DNA from: Octopus sinensis
Taxonomy: Eukaryota
Assembly (NCBI RefSeq): GCF_006345805.1
Contig: NC_043004.1
Coordinates: forward strand, 6,820,001 to 6,884,000
Direction: 5' to 3'
DNA length: 64,000 nucleotides
This document shows positions 26,063 through 40,118 of this stretch, piece after piece. Positions within the stretch are counted from its first letter, which is position 1; every line of letters begins with the position of its first letter. The notes beneath the pieces are model-generated. The model was not told where the DNA came from. It saw only the letters and a list, made by a program, of their open reading frames with translations, and made no database searches. The translations under genes were made by a program, and so were the position numbers.

Positions 26063-26284
26063 CTAAAAGTTGATATAAACAATCAGGCTGATTGATGTAA
26101 ATGATGATTGTGATGATGGGGGGTTTTTTTTCCATATGTAAATAAATATAGAGAAAATAAAGAAAGTCTTAAACACAGGATGGCTGTAAAGACAGCTTAG
26201 AAAATGAGTAAATACTCTTTAGAAGACAGAAAAGAGTGGCCAGCGAACCTCTAAAGAGAATCAGATCCTGTACTTCTCAAATAT

Positions 26285-26580
26285 ATATCATCATCATTTA
26301 ACATCTACCTTCCATGCTGGCATCATAAGATGGATGGTTTGACAGGAACTGGCCAGATAGAATACTGCACCAGATTTCTGTATCTGTTTTGGCATGGTTT
26401 TTACAGCTGGGTGCCCTTCCTAACACCAAACTACTCTACAGAGTAGGTCGAGTGCTTTTTACATGGTACCAGCACCGGTGAGATCAGTTTTGGCATGGTT
26501 TTTACAGCTGGATGCCAACCACTTTACTAGATGCCTTTTATGTGGTACCAGCACTGGCAGGGACACCATGTAACTTTTAA
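26285..26580 (-). mobile_element. RTE 3'-tail fragment with internal duplication
   Basis: (CAT)n start; TTTTGGCATGGTTTTTACAGCTGG occurs twice. Confidence 0.65.
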
Positions 26581-26907
26581 GACAAAGAGTCTTTGAGAAG
26601 GGAGGAGTCAATGGAGGAGGTGATCTTGTGTCAGATGATGAAAGATTAGAATGTAAGAGGGAGTCAGAAACAGGTGTCTTGCTGTAGAGGAGGTACATGG
26701 TCACCTGGCCAGAGAGAAAGATAGAGAGAATTCACTGAACAGAAAAATACCAAATGAATTAAACCCATACATACATAGTATACAGTGAGCTATTTGCAGC
26801 ATGGCCATAATTGTTATTTAGCCCAATCAATTAGATGTGATCAAGGTTATTCAAGCTATAACCTACTTGTCTTTTTTTTTTTTAAATCAAAATCCATATA
26901 CTCTGGA

Positions 26908-27309
26908 CAGGGCCGGATTAAGACCCATCAAGGCCCTAAGCACTTAGAAGAGTTTGGTGCACCCATAAAAGATTATGTAATTCAAAATATAAACAATAAC
27001 AAATCATAAAATAAATTTTTATTTTTCAAAATGAAACAAAACAGTAAGAGGGAAAAATGTTTATTTTTGTATAATTCCATTTTAATTATATTTGGAAACT
27101 TTCCTCCTACTTTTTTGAATTGCAAAGTCTTTGATCAGATCCTCAAAATGAATCTTAGGTAACACATCTGCATCTATACTTAGTAGAGACAAAGGCATCC
27201 CGAATATTATTTTAGTAAGTTTAAAGTGATTTCTTTTGTGCTGTAAACCATTTACTATTTCTGTGGTGGCCCCTCTTTCCCTTAATGCTTAATGATTAAT
27301 CCAGTGCTG
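26908..27309 (-). mobile_element. Non-autonomous hAT transposon (internal deletion derivative)
   Basis: 8-bp TSD ACTCTGGA at 26900-26907 and 27310-27317. TIRs CAGGGCCGGATTAA / CAGCACTGGATTAA (11/14). The minus strand encodes a hAT C-terminal dimerisation-like remnant LSLLSIDADVLPKIHFEDLIKDFAIQKSRR. Confidence 0.88.
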
Positions 27310-28339
27310 ACTCTGGACTTCATTATCCACTGTCTGCATTCCTAAGCCAGTACAGTATATAGTTTGAAGCAAACCGAGCTGCTATTTCTAGCAAGTCGAG
27401 CAACTGCTTAGAGGTTCACTTCTGAAAGTGTTGTTAGATGGGAAAACTTCTAAAGAAAAAAGCAGTACTAGTGTTAGGATAACGGCTGTAGTTTGAGTGA
27501 TCTGTAAGAGTAAAAAGGTCACTGAAGATGCAGAATCCTTTTGTTCTTCAAGTAGATAAAGGATACAAGCAGTTCAAGTGGTCTGCATTTATTATTTTAT
27601 ATGTGTTCTAAGTGACAGAGAAGTTTGTAGATGTGGCAGCATATAATGAACAGCTAAGATTAACACAAAAAAAAACTTAGGTAAAAGAACATATTCTTTA
27701 GGAGATCAGTGACTAGAGAACATGTTTACCACAGCTGACTATGGATTTGTTTGATTGAAGACGATATAATTCCAAAGCCTGTGGTTTTGGATTCAGTTCC
27801 ACTGTGCAGCCCTTGGGCAAGTGTCTTCTACTAGAGTGGCAGATCAACCAAAGCTTTGTGAGTAGATTTGGTGGACAGAAACTGAAAGAAGTGTGTGTGT
27901 GCATGTGCACGTGCATGAGTGTCCCCTAGCCTAGACATCATGTGACAGTTGTAAATCAGTATCATTGTCACACAAATGAATGTGTTCAACTCCGGTATTC
28001 TGTGAAAAATGTCTGGTCATGGAGAATTATCACCTTGCTTGGAAACAGGTGAGGGTTGGTGACAAGAAGGGCATCAGGCCTTATAGAATCTGTGCCATGC
28101 AGCCACGAAAAAGTGGATGTTAACTGATGGTAGTGATGATGATGATATTTTAAAACCAAACTTCATACTTCCACTAATGCTGTAATATGAAGACCAATAA
28201 GTTCTAAATAAACGGATTCCCTAACCATTCACTGATTCCCAGCTGAATTAAGCCCATTTTACTCGTTAGTCTGAAAAGAATGAGTGGACAGTGCTCAATA
28301 TTTTTAGGCTCACCGGAATTATCTGAAATGTCCACGTTA

Positions 28340-28600
28340 AAGGAAGATTGATGATGATGAGGATGATAATTATTGCTTGAATGTCAATGGATAAGCATGG
28401 GTTTGGTGGGCTGGCAATGCAGCATATATTCAATCCTCCTCTGAGAGTTCCAGTATTCTTAGATCTATTGCCATCACTTCTTGCCAAATCTTTGGTGTTC
28501 TGTCTACCTTCACAGTTGGATCACAACACTTTTTCACTAATCATACGATAACCAATCGCATTCACTTTCTGATATTTGTTTACTAATTGAAATAAATTGA
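28340..28600 (-). mobile_element. Decayed RTE C-terminal remnant with 3' tail
   Basis: VKKCCDPTVKVDRTPKIWQEVMAIDLRILELSEE resembles the end of the RTE ORF; (ATC)n-like tail. Confidence 0.6.
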
Positions 28601-30239
28601 TCAGTGGTCATGATAATGGAAAATAAACATTTACAGACATATGTATTCAAACAAGCAGACAGACAGATAAAAATACATTTATGTAAAAGCATTAACATAA
28701 ACAACTACACTACCCACAAAATAAAGCATATATGCATTCTTTGTTTGGGGAAAATTTGGTAAGGAATTTTTCCATGATAAATAACACAGAAACATATTTT
28801 TCAAAGAAACTTTTGAAAATCTAAGGCAAGCATTTAATAAAGGAGAGGACATATGACTGAAGTGGTAAAAGGAGGAGGAGAAGAACGATGAAGGGAGGGT
28901 TATAGATAAGAATTTGTAGAGGGAAGTGAAAAAGGTGAATGAAGAGAGATAACACAGACATGAGGAAGGCATGTGAGGAGATTATTATAGTTAGGGAGAT
29001 ATAAGCTGGTGAAGTTATGGAAGAGGTCACAGAGATCATGGAATAGAATGAGTGATGTATGAAGAAGAGAAGGAAAGCTAGTAAAGTAGTGTTTATGAAA
29101 AGAGAGAGAGAGAGAGATAGACAGAGAGGTGTTGTAGCACAGTGGTTGTGGAAAGGGAATAAGAGGCTAGTTCTAGAAAGAAAGCAGGTGAAATGGGAGC
29201 TGAGGAAAGGAAATGATTGGGGAGTAGCTATGGAAAGGAAGCTAGCGGGATTCAGCAGCCATGGAAATGGAGTTTAAGGAGAAAGAAAGAATATACATAT
29301 ATACAAGGGTAGAGAAAAATGAAATGAGAAAGAAAAAAAAAGTTTGGCAGAGAATGTCAGACATTAACAAATGATGAAAGAAAGAAAACCAACAGAGAAT
29401 GCAAAGTAGAGAACCCAAAATAAATCTGAGCCATCTCTTTGCCAGCCCGACCTCCTACTAACTAACAGAGAATGCAACTCTTTAATATCCTCCCCTTTTT
29501 CAGTGACGCCCAAGCCTCCGCAACCAAGCTGTCATTGCCCTAAAATCAATGTTGCACTCACTGAGTCCACTGTTTTATATCTGCAATACAGAGCAGGTAA
29601 AATATTTTCGCCAACAGATAATTTCAATAGAGGGAAATACCTACCAATTATATTTTTACAGGCTTAGTTTGAGCAAGTTAGAAAATTACTCCCTGCTACC
29701 TATTAATTAGATTTTACTTCCAATATTCAGTGACCACCCCTCCTAGTCTTTCACCAAATTCAAACATTAATTATATAGAGAAATAAATCCACTGAAGACA
29801 AGTAATTTTAATCTAAGATATATTTCTAAAGTACAAATAGAGGCTATAAGTTTATTTCGATTTATTTCACAATTTATTCAGCATTTTCATTTTGATTTTC
29901 TACTTTTTTTTGTTTTTGTTTCATTGTATAATTTCGAATTTGTTCTTAATAATTAGCAGACAAGTTATTGTATTATCTTTAAATTTCAATAGCCTTAGAT
30001 TTTTAGAAAAGTCTTGAAAATATAGTTGTTAATGATGTTGCTCAATTATACAGATTATTATTAAAAATACAACATTAGAGAATCTTTTGTGTAGATAACT
30101 CGAGGAGAGAGTGAAGACTTATGTGTGATGCTAATGCAATTCTTTATTAGATTTACAACTATTTTTGTACATGTTATTATTTATTTTTCCATGCATGTCT
30201 TTATGCGTTTGTGTAATAAACACACACACACAGACACGC

Positions 30240-30707
30240 ACACACTCTGCATATATATATGCATATACATACATATATATGCACATATATATACATATAT
30301 ATATATATATACATATATATATGCATATATATATACATATATATATATGCATATATATATGCATATATATATATACATGCATATATATATGCATATATAT
30401 ATACATATATATATATGCATATATATATACACATATATATATATGCATATATATATATACATATATATATATGCATATATATATATACATATATATATAT
30501 GCTATATATATATATACATATATATATATGCATATATATATACATATATATATATATGCATATATATATACATATATATATGCATTATATACATATACAT
30601 ATATATATGCATATATATACATATACATATATATATGCATATATATATATCATATATATATATATATATACATATATATGCATATATATATATACATATA
30701 TATATGC

Positions 30708-30756
<49 letters not shown>

Positions 30757-31443
30757 CATATATAATATATACATATACATATATATATATACATATACAT
30801 ATATATACATACATATTATATATACATATACATATATACATATACATATATATATATATACATATACATATATATACATACATATATATATATACATATA
30901 CATATATACATATACACATATATATATATTTACACATATATATATATATACATACATATATATATATACATATACATATATACATATACACATATATATA
31001 TATATACACATATATATATATATACATACATATATATATATACATATATATATATACATATATATATGCATATATATACATATATACATATATATACATA
31101 TATATATGCATATATATACATATATATACATATATACATATATATATGCATATATATCATATATACATATATATATGCAATATATATATAATATATATAC
31201 ATATATATATGCATATATATATGCATATATAATACATATATATATATACATATATATATATACATATATATACATATATATATGCATCATATATATGCAT
31301 ATATATATATATATATATATACATATATATACATATATATATATACATATATATATATACATATATATATGCATCTATATATATATACATATATATATGC
31401 ATCTATATATATATACATATATATGCATCTATATATATATACA
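30240..31443. repeat. TA-rich micro/minisatellite array
   Basis: Directly visible; it generates spurious Y/I/H/M ORFs. Confidence 0.95.
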
Positions 31444-31826
31444 CTAGCAGTATCGCCCGGCGTTGCTCAGGTTTGTAAGGGAAATAACTATAAAGCATTT
31501 TTAGAGAGTTATAGCCAAAAAACAGCAAAAAAATGGAAAAAAATGATGGTAAATTTTTTTTGATAGTTAAAAAAGGTGGAGTTGCGTCCCCTACACAGTT
31601 TGTGGTTTGTGTTCCTGATTCTCGACCCCATGTCGAATTTATCGATTTTTTCAGAACTGGGGGAACTTTTCAAAATTTTCGCTGCGTTAGTTTTGAATTA
31701 TGACATTGGGCTATGTGTGTGTCAAGTTTCATCAGAATCGGTTGAAAGCCGTGGTCAGGGTGAGGGTACAAGCAAACAGACACACAGAAACACGCACAGA
31801 CAAACTGCCGTTTATATAGAGAGAGA
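31444..31826 (-). mobile_element. Non-autonomous Helitron, copy 1
   Basis: On the minus strand it starts TC, ends CTAG, lies between A and T, and has a subterminal hairpin CCTG-AGCAACGC-CGGG. Near-identical to 35212-35595. Confidence 0.8.
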
Positions 31827-32044
31827 TATATATGCATCTATATATATATACATATATATGCATCTATATATATATATGTGCATATATATATGCACATATA
31901 TATACATATTATATATGCATATACATATATGTGTAATATATGTGTGTATATATATGTGTGTGTGTATATGTATATATATGTGTGTATATATATGTATATA
32001 TATATATGTATATATATATATGTATATATATATGTATATATATG

Positions 32045-32078
<34 letters not shown>

Positions 32079-32088
32079 TATGTGTGTG

Positions 32089-32128
<40 letters not shown>

Positions 32129-32204
32129 TACATATGTGTGTGTATATATATATATGTGTGTGTATATATAAATGTATATGTATATATATATTATATATAT
32201 ATAC

Positions 32205-32249
<45 letters not shown>

Positions 32250-32259
32250 ATATAAAATG

Positions 32260-32298
<39 letters not shown>

Positions 32299-32322
32299 TG
32301 TGTGTGTGTGTATATATAAATG

Positions 32323-32373
<51 letters not shown>

Positions 32374-32498
32374 ATATATAAATGTATATGTATATATATA
32401 TATAATATATGTGTGTGTGTGTGTGTATGTATATATATGTATATGTTATATATATAATATATATATATATATGTGTGTGTGTGTATATATATATAATG

Positions 32499-32555
<57 letters not shown>

Positions 32556-32569
32556 TGTGTGTGTGTGTG

Positions 32570-32618
<49 letters not shown>

Positions 32619-32910
32619 ATATATATATATATGTATATATATATGTGTATATATCTATATATATATATGTATATATATATATGTATATGTATATATATGT
32701 GTGTATATATATATATATGTGTGTATATATATATATGTATATATATGTATATGTATATATAATATATATATATGTATATATATATATGTGTGTGTATATA
32801 TATATATGTATATATATATATTGTGTGTGTATATATAATATATATGTATATATATATATGTGTGTATATATATATGTATATATATATGTATATATATATA
32901 TATGTATATG

Positions 32911-32941
<31 letters not shown>

Positions 32942-33023
32942 GTATATATGTATATGTATCTATATATGTATATGTATGTATATATATATGTATATATAGG
33001 TATATGTATATATATATGTATAT
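31827..33023. repeat. TA/TG microsatellite array
   Basis: Directly visible. Confidence 0.95.
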
Positions 33024-33230
33024 ATATATATATCATCATCATCATCGCTTAACGTCCGTTCTCCATGCTAGCATGGGTTGGACGGTTCGACCGGGGATCT
33101 GGGAAGCCAGAAGGCTGCACCAGGCTCCAGTCTTATCTGGCAATGTTTCTACAGCTGGATGCCCTTCCTAACGCCAACCACTCCGTGAATGTAGTGAGTG
33201 CTTTTTACGTGCCACCTGCACAGGCGATAT
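33024..33230 (-). mobile_element. RTE 3'-tail fragment, low divergence
   Basis: Close match to 49974-50170. Confidence 0.85.
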
Positions 33231-33236
33231 ATATGT

Positions 33237-34331
33237 ATCCTTAAATCCTTAAAAATGTTTTAGCCCAAAGGCCGTGGCCATGCTGGGGCACCACCGCTGA
33301 ATGAGCTACACTAATATGTGAATCCACCTCCGATACGTGGCACTTGATCAACATGGGAGTTCGATGCCGCTGCCTGCATCCGCGTCTCCTGTCGTGAGGT
33401 AGGTTCATCTGGGACTCCCGACAAGAAGAGATCCAGTTTAGTTTTAAAGAAACCCACATCCACACCATGCAAGTCTCTCAGGCATTTAGGGAGGATGTTA
33501 AAGAGCTGTAGTCCTCTGAAACCCAAGCTGTTGCAGTATCTGGACCTGTATTTTGATGGTGATGTTGGAATCTTTGGCACCATGCAGTGGCGCCCCGTTC
33601 TGCGGTTGGGGTAACTTTGAATGCCAAAGTTTGGGACAAGACCCTCCAGGATTTTCCAGATGTATATCACCGCATATCTCTCCCGCCTCCGCTCTAGGGA
33701 GAAGAGGTTTAATACTTTCAGTCTTTCCCAGTAGCTGATATTTTGCATTGAGACGATTTTCTTTGTGTAGCTTCTCTGAATTGCTTCGAGTTCTGCTGTT
33801 AGTTTTATATTGTGTGGTGACCATAGTTGGGAGCAGTAGTCCAAGCGGCTGAGGAAGAATGTTTTCCATAGGACCATCAGTGTCTCCTTCTCACTTGTTC
33901 TGAAAGTTCGGAGAATCCATCCAGCTAGCCGTCTGGATGGATTTTATCACCAGATTAGTAATATGCACTTGGAAAGATGCATCATTGCTCATGTCAATGC
34001 CCAGGTCATGCACTGATTTTGACTCAGTGATTGCAATTCTTCCTGGGCCAGTGTATCCAGTCTGCACGTCGTTTACCTTTATGTGCTGGTAGTGCAGGGC
34101 CTGGAACTTACCTGCATTAAACTGCATGTTGTTGTCATCAGCCCTGTTGCAGATGCGCAATATTTTCAGGGTTTTATATTGTGTGGGAGACTTTTGTGTC
34201 ATCTGCATAGCTAGCAAGGGTGGTCATCGTAGCAACTGAAAGCATGTCTGAAAGGGCCACTATGAACATCAGTGGCCCCAACACAGTGCCCTGTGGGACA
34301 CCGCTTGTTATTTGTGTTTCCTTGGAGGAAA
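33237..34331 (-). mobile_element. 5'-truncated CR1-clade LINE (RT domain to 3' UTR), frameshifted
   Basis: [13 protein letters not shown] (34198-34209), FLSRLDYCSQLWSP and YWERLKVLNLFSLERRRERY are CR1-type RT/C-terminal motifs. Several frameshifts and a stop. Short 3' UTR ending in (TTAAGGA) repeats. Confidence 0.9.
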
Positions 34332-34360
34332 CATAATATATATATTAGTTATATATATAT

Positions 34361-34409
<49 letters not shown>

Positions 34410-35211
34410 TGAAATATATATGCATAAATATATACATGCATATATCATATATATATACATATGCATATATATATATACATATGCAATATATATATATACA
34501 TATGCATATATATATATACAGATGCATATATATATATAAAACGCATAATATATATATACATACGCATATATATACATATACATACGCATATATATACATA
34601 TACATACGCATATATATACATATACATACGCATATATATACATATACATACGCATATATATACATATACATACGCATATATATACATATAGATACGCATA
34701 TATATACATATACATACGCATATATATACATATACATACGCATATATATACTTATACATACGCATATATATACTTATACATACGCATATATATACATATA
34801 CATACACATATATATACATATACATACGCATATATATACATATACATACACATATATATACATATACATACGCATATATATACATATACATACGCATATA
34901 TATACATATACATACGCATATATATACATATACATACGCATATATATACATATACATACGCATATATATACATATACATACGCATATATATACAATACAT
35001 ACGCATATATATACATTACATACGCATATATATACAATATATACGCATATATATACATATATATCGATATACATATACATATGCATATATATACATACGC
35101 ATATATATACATACGCATATATATACATACGCATATATATACATACGCATATATATACATATACATACGCATATATATACATATATATACGCACGCATAT
35201 ATATATGCATA
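34332..35211. repeat. TA-rich array containing a homogeneous 20-bp minisatellite (ATATATACATATACATACGC)
   Basis: The unit repeats near-perfectly from about 34545 to 34990 and degenerates afterwards. Confidence 0.95.
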
Positions 35212-35595
35212 CTAGCAGTATCGCCCGGCGTTGCTCAGGTTTGTAAGGGAAATAACTATAAAGCATTTTTAGAGAATTATAGCCAAAAAATAGCCAGAAA
35301 ATGGAAAAAAATGATGGTAAATTTTTTTTGAGAGTAAAAAAAGGTGGAGTTGCGTCCCCTAGACAGTTTGCGGTTTGTGTTTCTGATTCTCGACCCCATG
35401 TCGAATTTATCGATTTTTTTCAGAACTGGGGGAACTTTTCAAAATTTTCGCTGCGTTAGTTTTGAATTTTGACATTGGGCTATGTGTGTGTCAAGTTTCA
35501 TCAGAATCGGTTGAAAGCCGTGGTCAGAGTGAGGGTACAAGCAAACAGACACACAGAAACACGCACAGACAAACTGCCGTTTATATAGAGAGAGA
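35212..35595 (-). mobile_element. Non-autonomous Helitron, copy 2
   Basis: Same termini and body as 31444-31826. Confidence 0.8.
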
Positions 35596-37063
35596 TATAT
35601 ATATATATATATACGCATATATATATGCATATATATACATATATATATACGCATATATATCATATATATATACGCATATATATACATATATATACGCTAT
35701 ATATATATACATATATATACGCATATATATATACATATATATACGCATATATATATACTATATATACACATATATATATACATATATATACGCATATATA
35801 TATACATATATACGCATATATATATATACATATATACGCATATATATATATACATATATACGCTTATATATATATACATATATATACGCATATATATATA
35901 TACATATATATACACACGCATATATATATACACACGCATATATATATACACACATATGCGCATATATATATACACACATATATGCGCATATATATACACA
36001 CACATATATGCGCATATATATACACACACATATATGCGCATATATATATATACACACACATATGCGCATATATATATACACACATATGCGCATATATATA
36101 TACACACATATATGCGCATATATATATACACACATATATGCGCATATATATATGCACATATATATATACACATATATGCGCATATATATGCACATATATA
36201 TATGCACATATATATATACACACATATGCGCATATATATATATACACACATATGCGCATATATATATACACACATATGCGCATATATATACACACATATG
36301 CGCATATATATATACACACATATATGCGCATATATATATACACACATATATGCGCATATATATATACACACATATATGCGCATATATATATACACACATA
36401 TATGCGCATATATATATATACACACATATATGCGCATATATATATATACACACATATATGCGCATATATATATATACACACATATATGCGTATATATATA
36501 TATACACACATATATGCGTATATATATATATACACACATATATGCGTATATATATATATACACACATATATGCGTATATATATATACACACATATATGCG
36601 TATATATATATACACACACATATATGCGTATATATATATACACACACATATATGCGTATATATATATACAACACATATATGCGTATATATATATACACAC
36701 ACATATATGCGTATATATATATACACACACATATGCGTATATATATATATACACACACATATGCGTATATATATATATACACACATATGCGTATATAATA
36801 CATATATATACGCGTATATAATATACATATATATACATATATATATGTAGATATATATATACAGTATATATGTTATATATATAGACATATATATATATAC
36901 AATATATAGGATATATATATATATACACATATATATATTAGATATATATATACATATATATATGATATTATATATACATATATATATGTATATATATATA
37001 TACATATATATATGTATTAATATATTACATATATATATGTATATATATATACATATATATATG

Positions 37064-37097
<34 letters not shown>

Positions 37098-37390
37098 CAT
37101 ATATATACGTATATATATATACTATATATATATATAATATACATATATATACGTATATATATATACATATATATACGTTATATATATACATTATATACGT
37201 ATATATATATATATATATATATACATATATATATACATATATATATAATACATATATATATATACATATATATACGTATATTATATATATATATATATAT
37301 TCATATATATATATATACATATATATACGTATATATATATTATATACATATATATAATATACATATATATTATATATACATATATATATG

Positions 37391-37435
<45 letters not shown>

Positions 37436-37495
37436 GTATATATATATATATATATATACGTATATATATATATATATGCACACATATATATAAGT
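35596..37495. repeat. TA-rich minisatellite array (ATATATACACACATATGCGC-type units)
   Basis: Directly visible. Confidence 0.95.
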
Positions 37496-37797
37496 GAAGG
37501 CGCAATGGCCCGGTGGTTAGGGCAGCAGACTCACGGTCATAGGATCGCTGTTTTGATTCCCAGACCGGGCGTTGTGTTTATTGAGCAAAAACACCTACAA
37601 CCCCACGAGGCTCTGGCAGGGGTGTTGGTGCTCCTTGCTGTACTCTTTTGCCGCAACTTTCTCTCACTCTTTCTTCTGCTGTCCTGCTTGCTTAGCCAGT
37701 GGGGTGGCGTCATTTGAAGGCTAAAATAATGCAAAGCGCATTGTGAGCAGCGATGTCTAGCAACATCTGATAGTCTGGTCGGTCACTTGATCATGTG

Positions 37798-37799
<2 letters not shown>
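37496..37799 (+). mobile_element. tRNA-derived SINE, distinct family
   Basis: A-box-like TGGCCCGGTGG, degenerate B-box TTTTGATTCCC, tail with AAAGCGCATTGTGA; inserted in a (TA)n array. Confidence 0.7.
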
Positions 37800-37830
<31 letters not shown>

Positions 37831-38917
37831 TATACGCATATATATATATATATATATATATATACGCATATATAGCACACATATACATATGCATATATAT
37901 ACATATATATATATATACATGCATATATATACATGCATATATATACATATATATATGTATATATATATGCATATATATACATATATATATATGCATATAT
38001 ATACATATATACATATGCATATATATACATATATACATATGCATATATGTATAATATAGATGGAGGTTTCTTCCACCAACTGCAATAATGGACTCAACCT
38101 GTCAGCTCTTTATAGTCCATTAATTTTCTCAAAGCCAAATAACACACACACACACACAAACTCCGATAGAAAGTGGGGGGGTGGAGTGATCCCATTAACA
38201 TTGTGTAGTGTGATAAATCCTGACAACAAGAACAATAAGCAAAAAAAAAAGGAATAAAAGGAGAAAAAGAAAATGAAAGAGAAACAATATTGAATTCAGA
38301 GATAGAATATGCATCAGCAATATAGTAAAATATTCAATAGACAGGGTAGGGTATAAGCATTAACAGTTTCTGCTAACTTGGAACAGTGTAAGGTTGCAGT
38401 GAGGATGAACAAAGCTAGCAGGATATACTTTCTGAAGTTGGGGAGCTGATAGGTACAGTATCTAATCTCACTACTGCCATCTGATAAGTTTATAGTTAGA
38501 GGGGAAGAAATTACAAAGGAAAGAACGAAGATTTCATGAGCGTTTATCATGCGCCAAGTTTTGTATTCGCCTATTTTGTTCCAGTTTAAAATATGATTAT
38601 GGAATTTTTTAAAAATAGAATTTCCAAATATAGATAGTAGAATAAAGAAAATCATGTATGTATAAATAAGTTTAATACCTATTTTTCTTTCAATATATAA
38701 AAAAAGGGGTATAAATATGACAAAGACATCCAACCCCACAAAAATGAAAATATCAAGTATTTTATATCTTATTTTTGATTTGTTTCAATCCTTAGACTGA
38801 GGCCCTGTTTTTTAAACTCTTTCCTAGCAATCACTAAATTATGGGGACATAAACACACCAACACCGGTTGTCAAGCAGTGGTGGGGACAAACACAAAGAT
38901 GTTAGCAAGAGTAAATA

Positions 38918-39297
38918 GTCTCTTTTACACTTTTACTTGTTTCAGTCATTTGACTGCAGCCATGCTGGAGCACCGCCTTTCGTCGAGCAAGTTGACCCCA
39001 GGACTTATTCTTTGTAAGCCTAGTACTTATTCTATCGGTCTCTTTTGCCGAACCACTAAGTCACAGGGACGTAAACACACCAGCATCAGCTGTCAAGCGA
39101 TGTTGGGGGGACAAACACAGACACACAAACATATACACACACATACATATATATACGACGGGCTTCTTTCAGTTTCCATCTACCAAATCCAATCACAAGG
39201 CTTTAGTCGGCCCAAGGCTATAGCAGAAGACACTTGCCCAAGGTGCTACGCAGTGGGACTGAACACGAAACCATGTTGTTGGTAAGCAAGCTACTCA
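38918..39297 (-). mobile_element. SINE family 2, full length
   Basis: Close match to 11983-12375. Confidence 0.9.
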
Positions 39298-39439
39298 GTT
39301 TATTAAAATATGCATTAGCTATAATGTAGGCTTTGCATTTGGATGCATTTTTTAGCACCAGAGAATGGCAGGCCATGTTTCAACTGCCATGTATATTTTG
39401 CACAGTTCTTTGCCTGAGAGTAGACATGGTGCAATGCAA

Positions 39440-39780
39440 TAGGAGATACACTTGACCATGCCTTTTCTTTAATGTTGTTATCAGAAAATGTTTGTTTCTG
39501 CTGCTATTAGTGCAGTTGTGATTGAAGAGGTGAAGAGATCTGTATCAAGGGAATGGAGCAAGCTTATCAGGGAATGCTGTTGATGATGGTGCACCAGTGC
39601 CAGCATGGTATGCACTTTGGAAACAGATGTCTGCAGTGGAGACTGAGAAGACCAAGTGCAACTGACAGTAGCTTGTACCGCATTCACACTGTAGTGCTTG
39701 TTTGCTCTTTAGTTATGCGCCCGAGAGCAGATTATTCATGAGGAGAGACTCAATAGATTGCAGTGTGATAGCTGCTTTAC
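39440..39780 (+). mobile_element. Possible heavily decayed RTE RT remnant
   Basis: SAVVIEEVKRSVSREW loosely resembles the RTE IIVLQAITEEFKTGCPW segment; many stops. Confidence 0.3.
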
Positions 39781-39874
39781 TAAGTATATCTCTAATAATA
39801 ATAATAACAATAATAATAATAACAATAATAATAATAACAATAATAATAATAATAATAATAATGATAATTTCTAT

Positions 39875-40080
39875 TATAGGCACAATGCCTGTAATTTGCA
39901 GGGAGTGGGATAAGTCAGTTTCATCGAACCCAGTGTTATACTGGCACTTAATCTATCAACCCCAAAAATGACGAAAGGAAAATTCGACCTTGACAGAATT
40001 TGAACTCAGAAAGTAACGATGAGCAAAATACCACTAAGCACTTTGTTCAGTGTGCTAATGATTCTGCCAGCTCACTGCCT
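39875..40080 (-). mobile_element. SINE family 1 between (TAA)n tracts
   Basis: Reverse complement of the family-1 head and core. Confidence 0.75.
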
Positions 40081-40118
40081 TAATAATAATAACAATAATA
40101 ATAATAATAATAATAATA

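Noticed and set aside
28780-29400. Long purine-rich plus-strand tracts (also 14720-15480 and 56800-57300)
   Set aside because: Probably decayed LINE or simple-repeat sequence; no motif could be supported.
30125-37485. Long ORFs (up to 575 aa) rich in Y/I/H/T/M/C, also at 6.3-7.5, 13.6-14.0 and 37.7-38.1 kb
   Set aside because: They are translations of (TA)/(CA)/(TG) arrays, which lack stop codons in several frames; they are not genes.
38314-38739. 141-aa minus-strand ORF
   Set aside because: AT-rich low-complexity start, no convincing donor and no recognisable homology.
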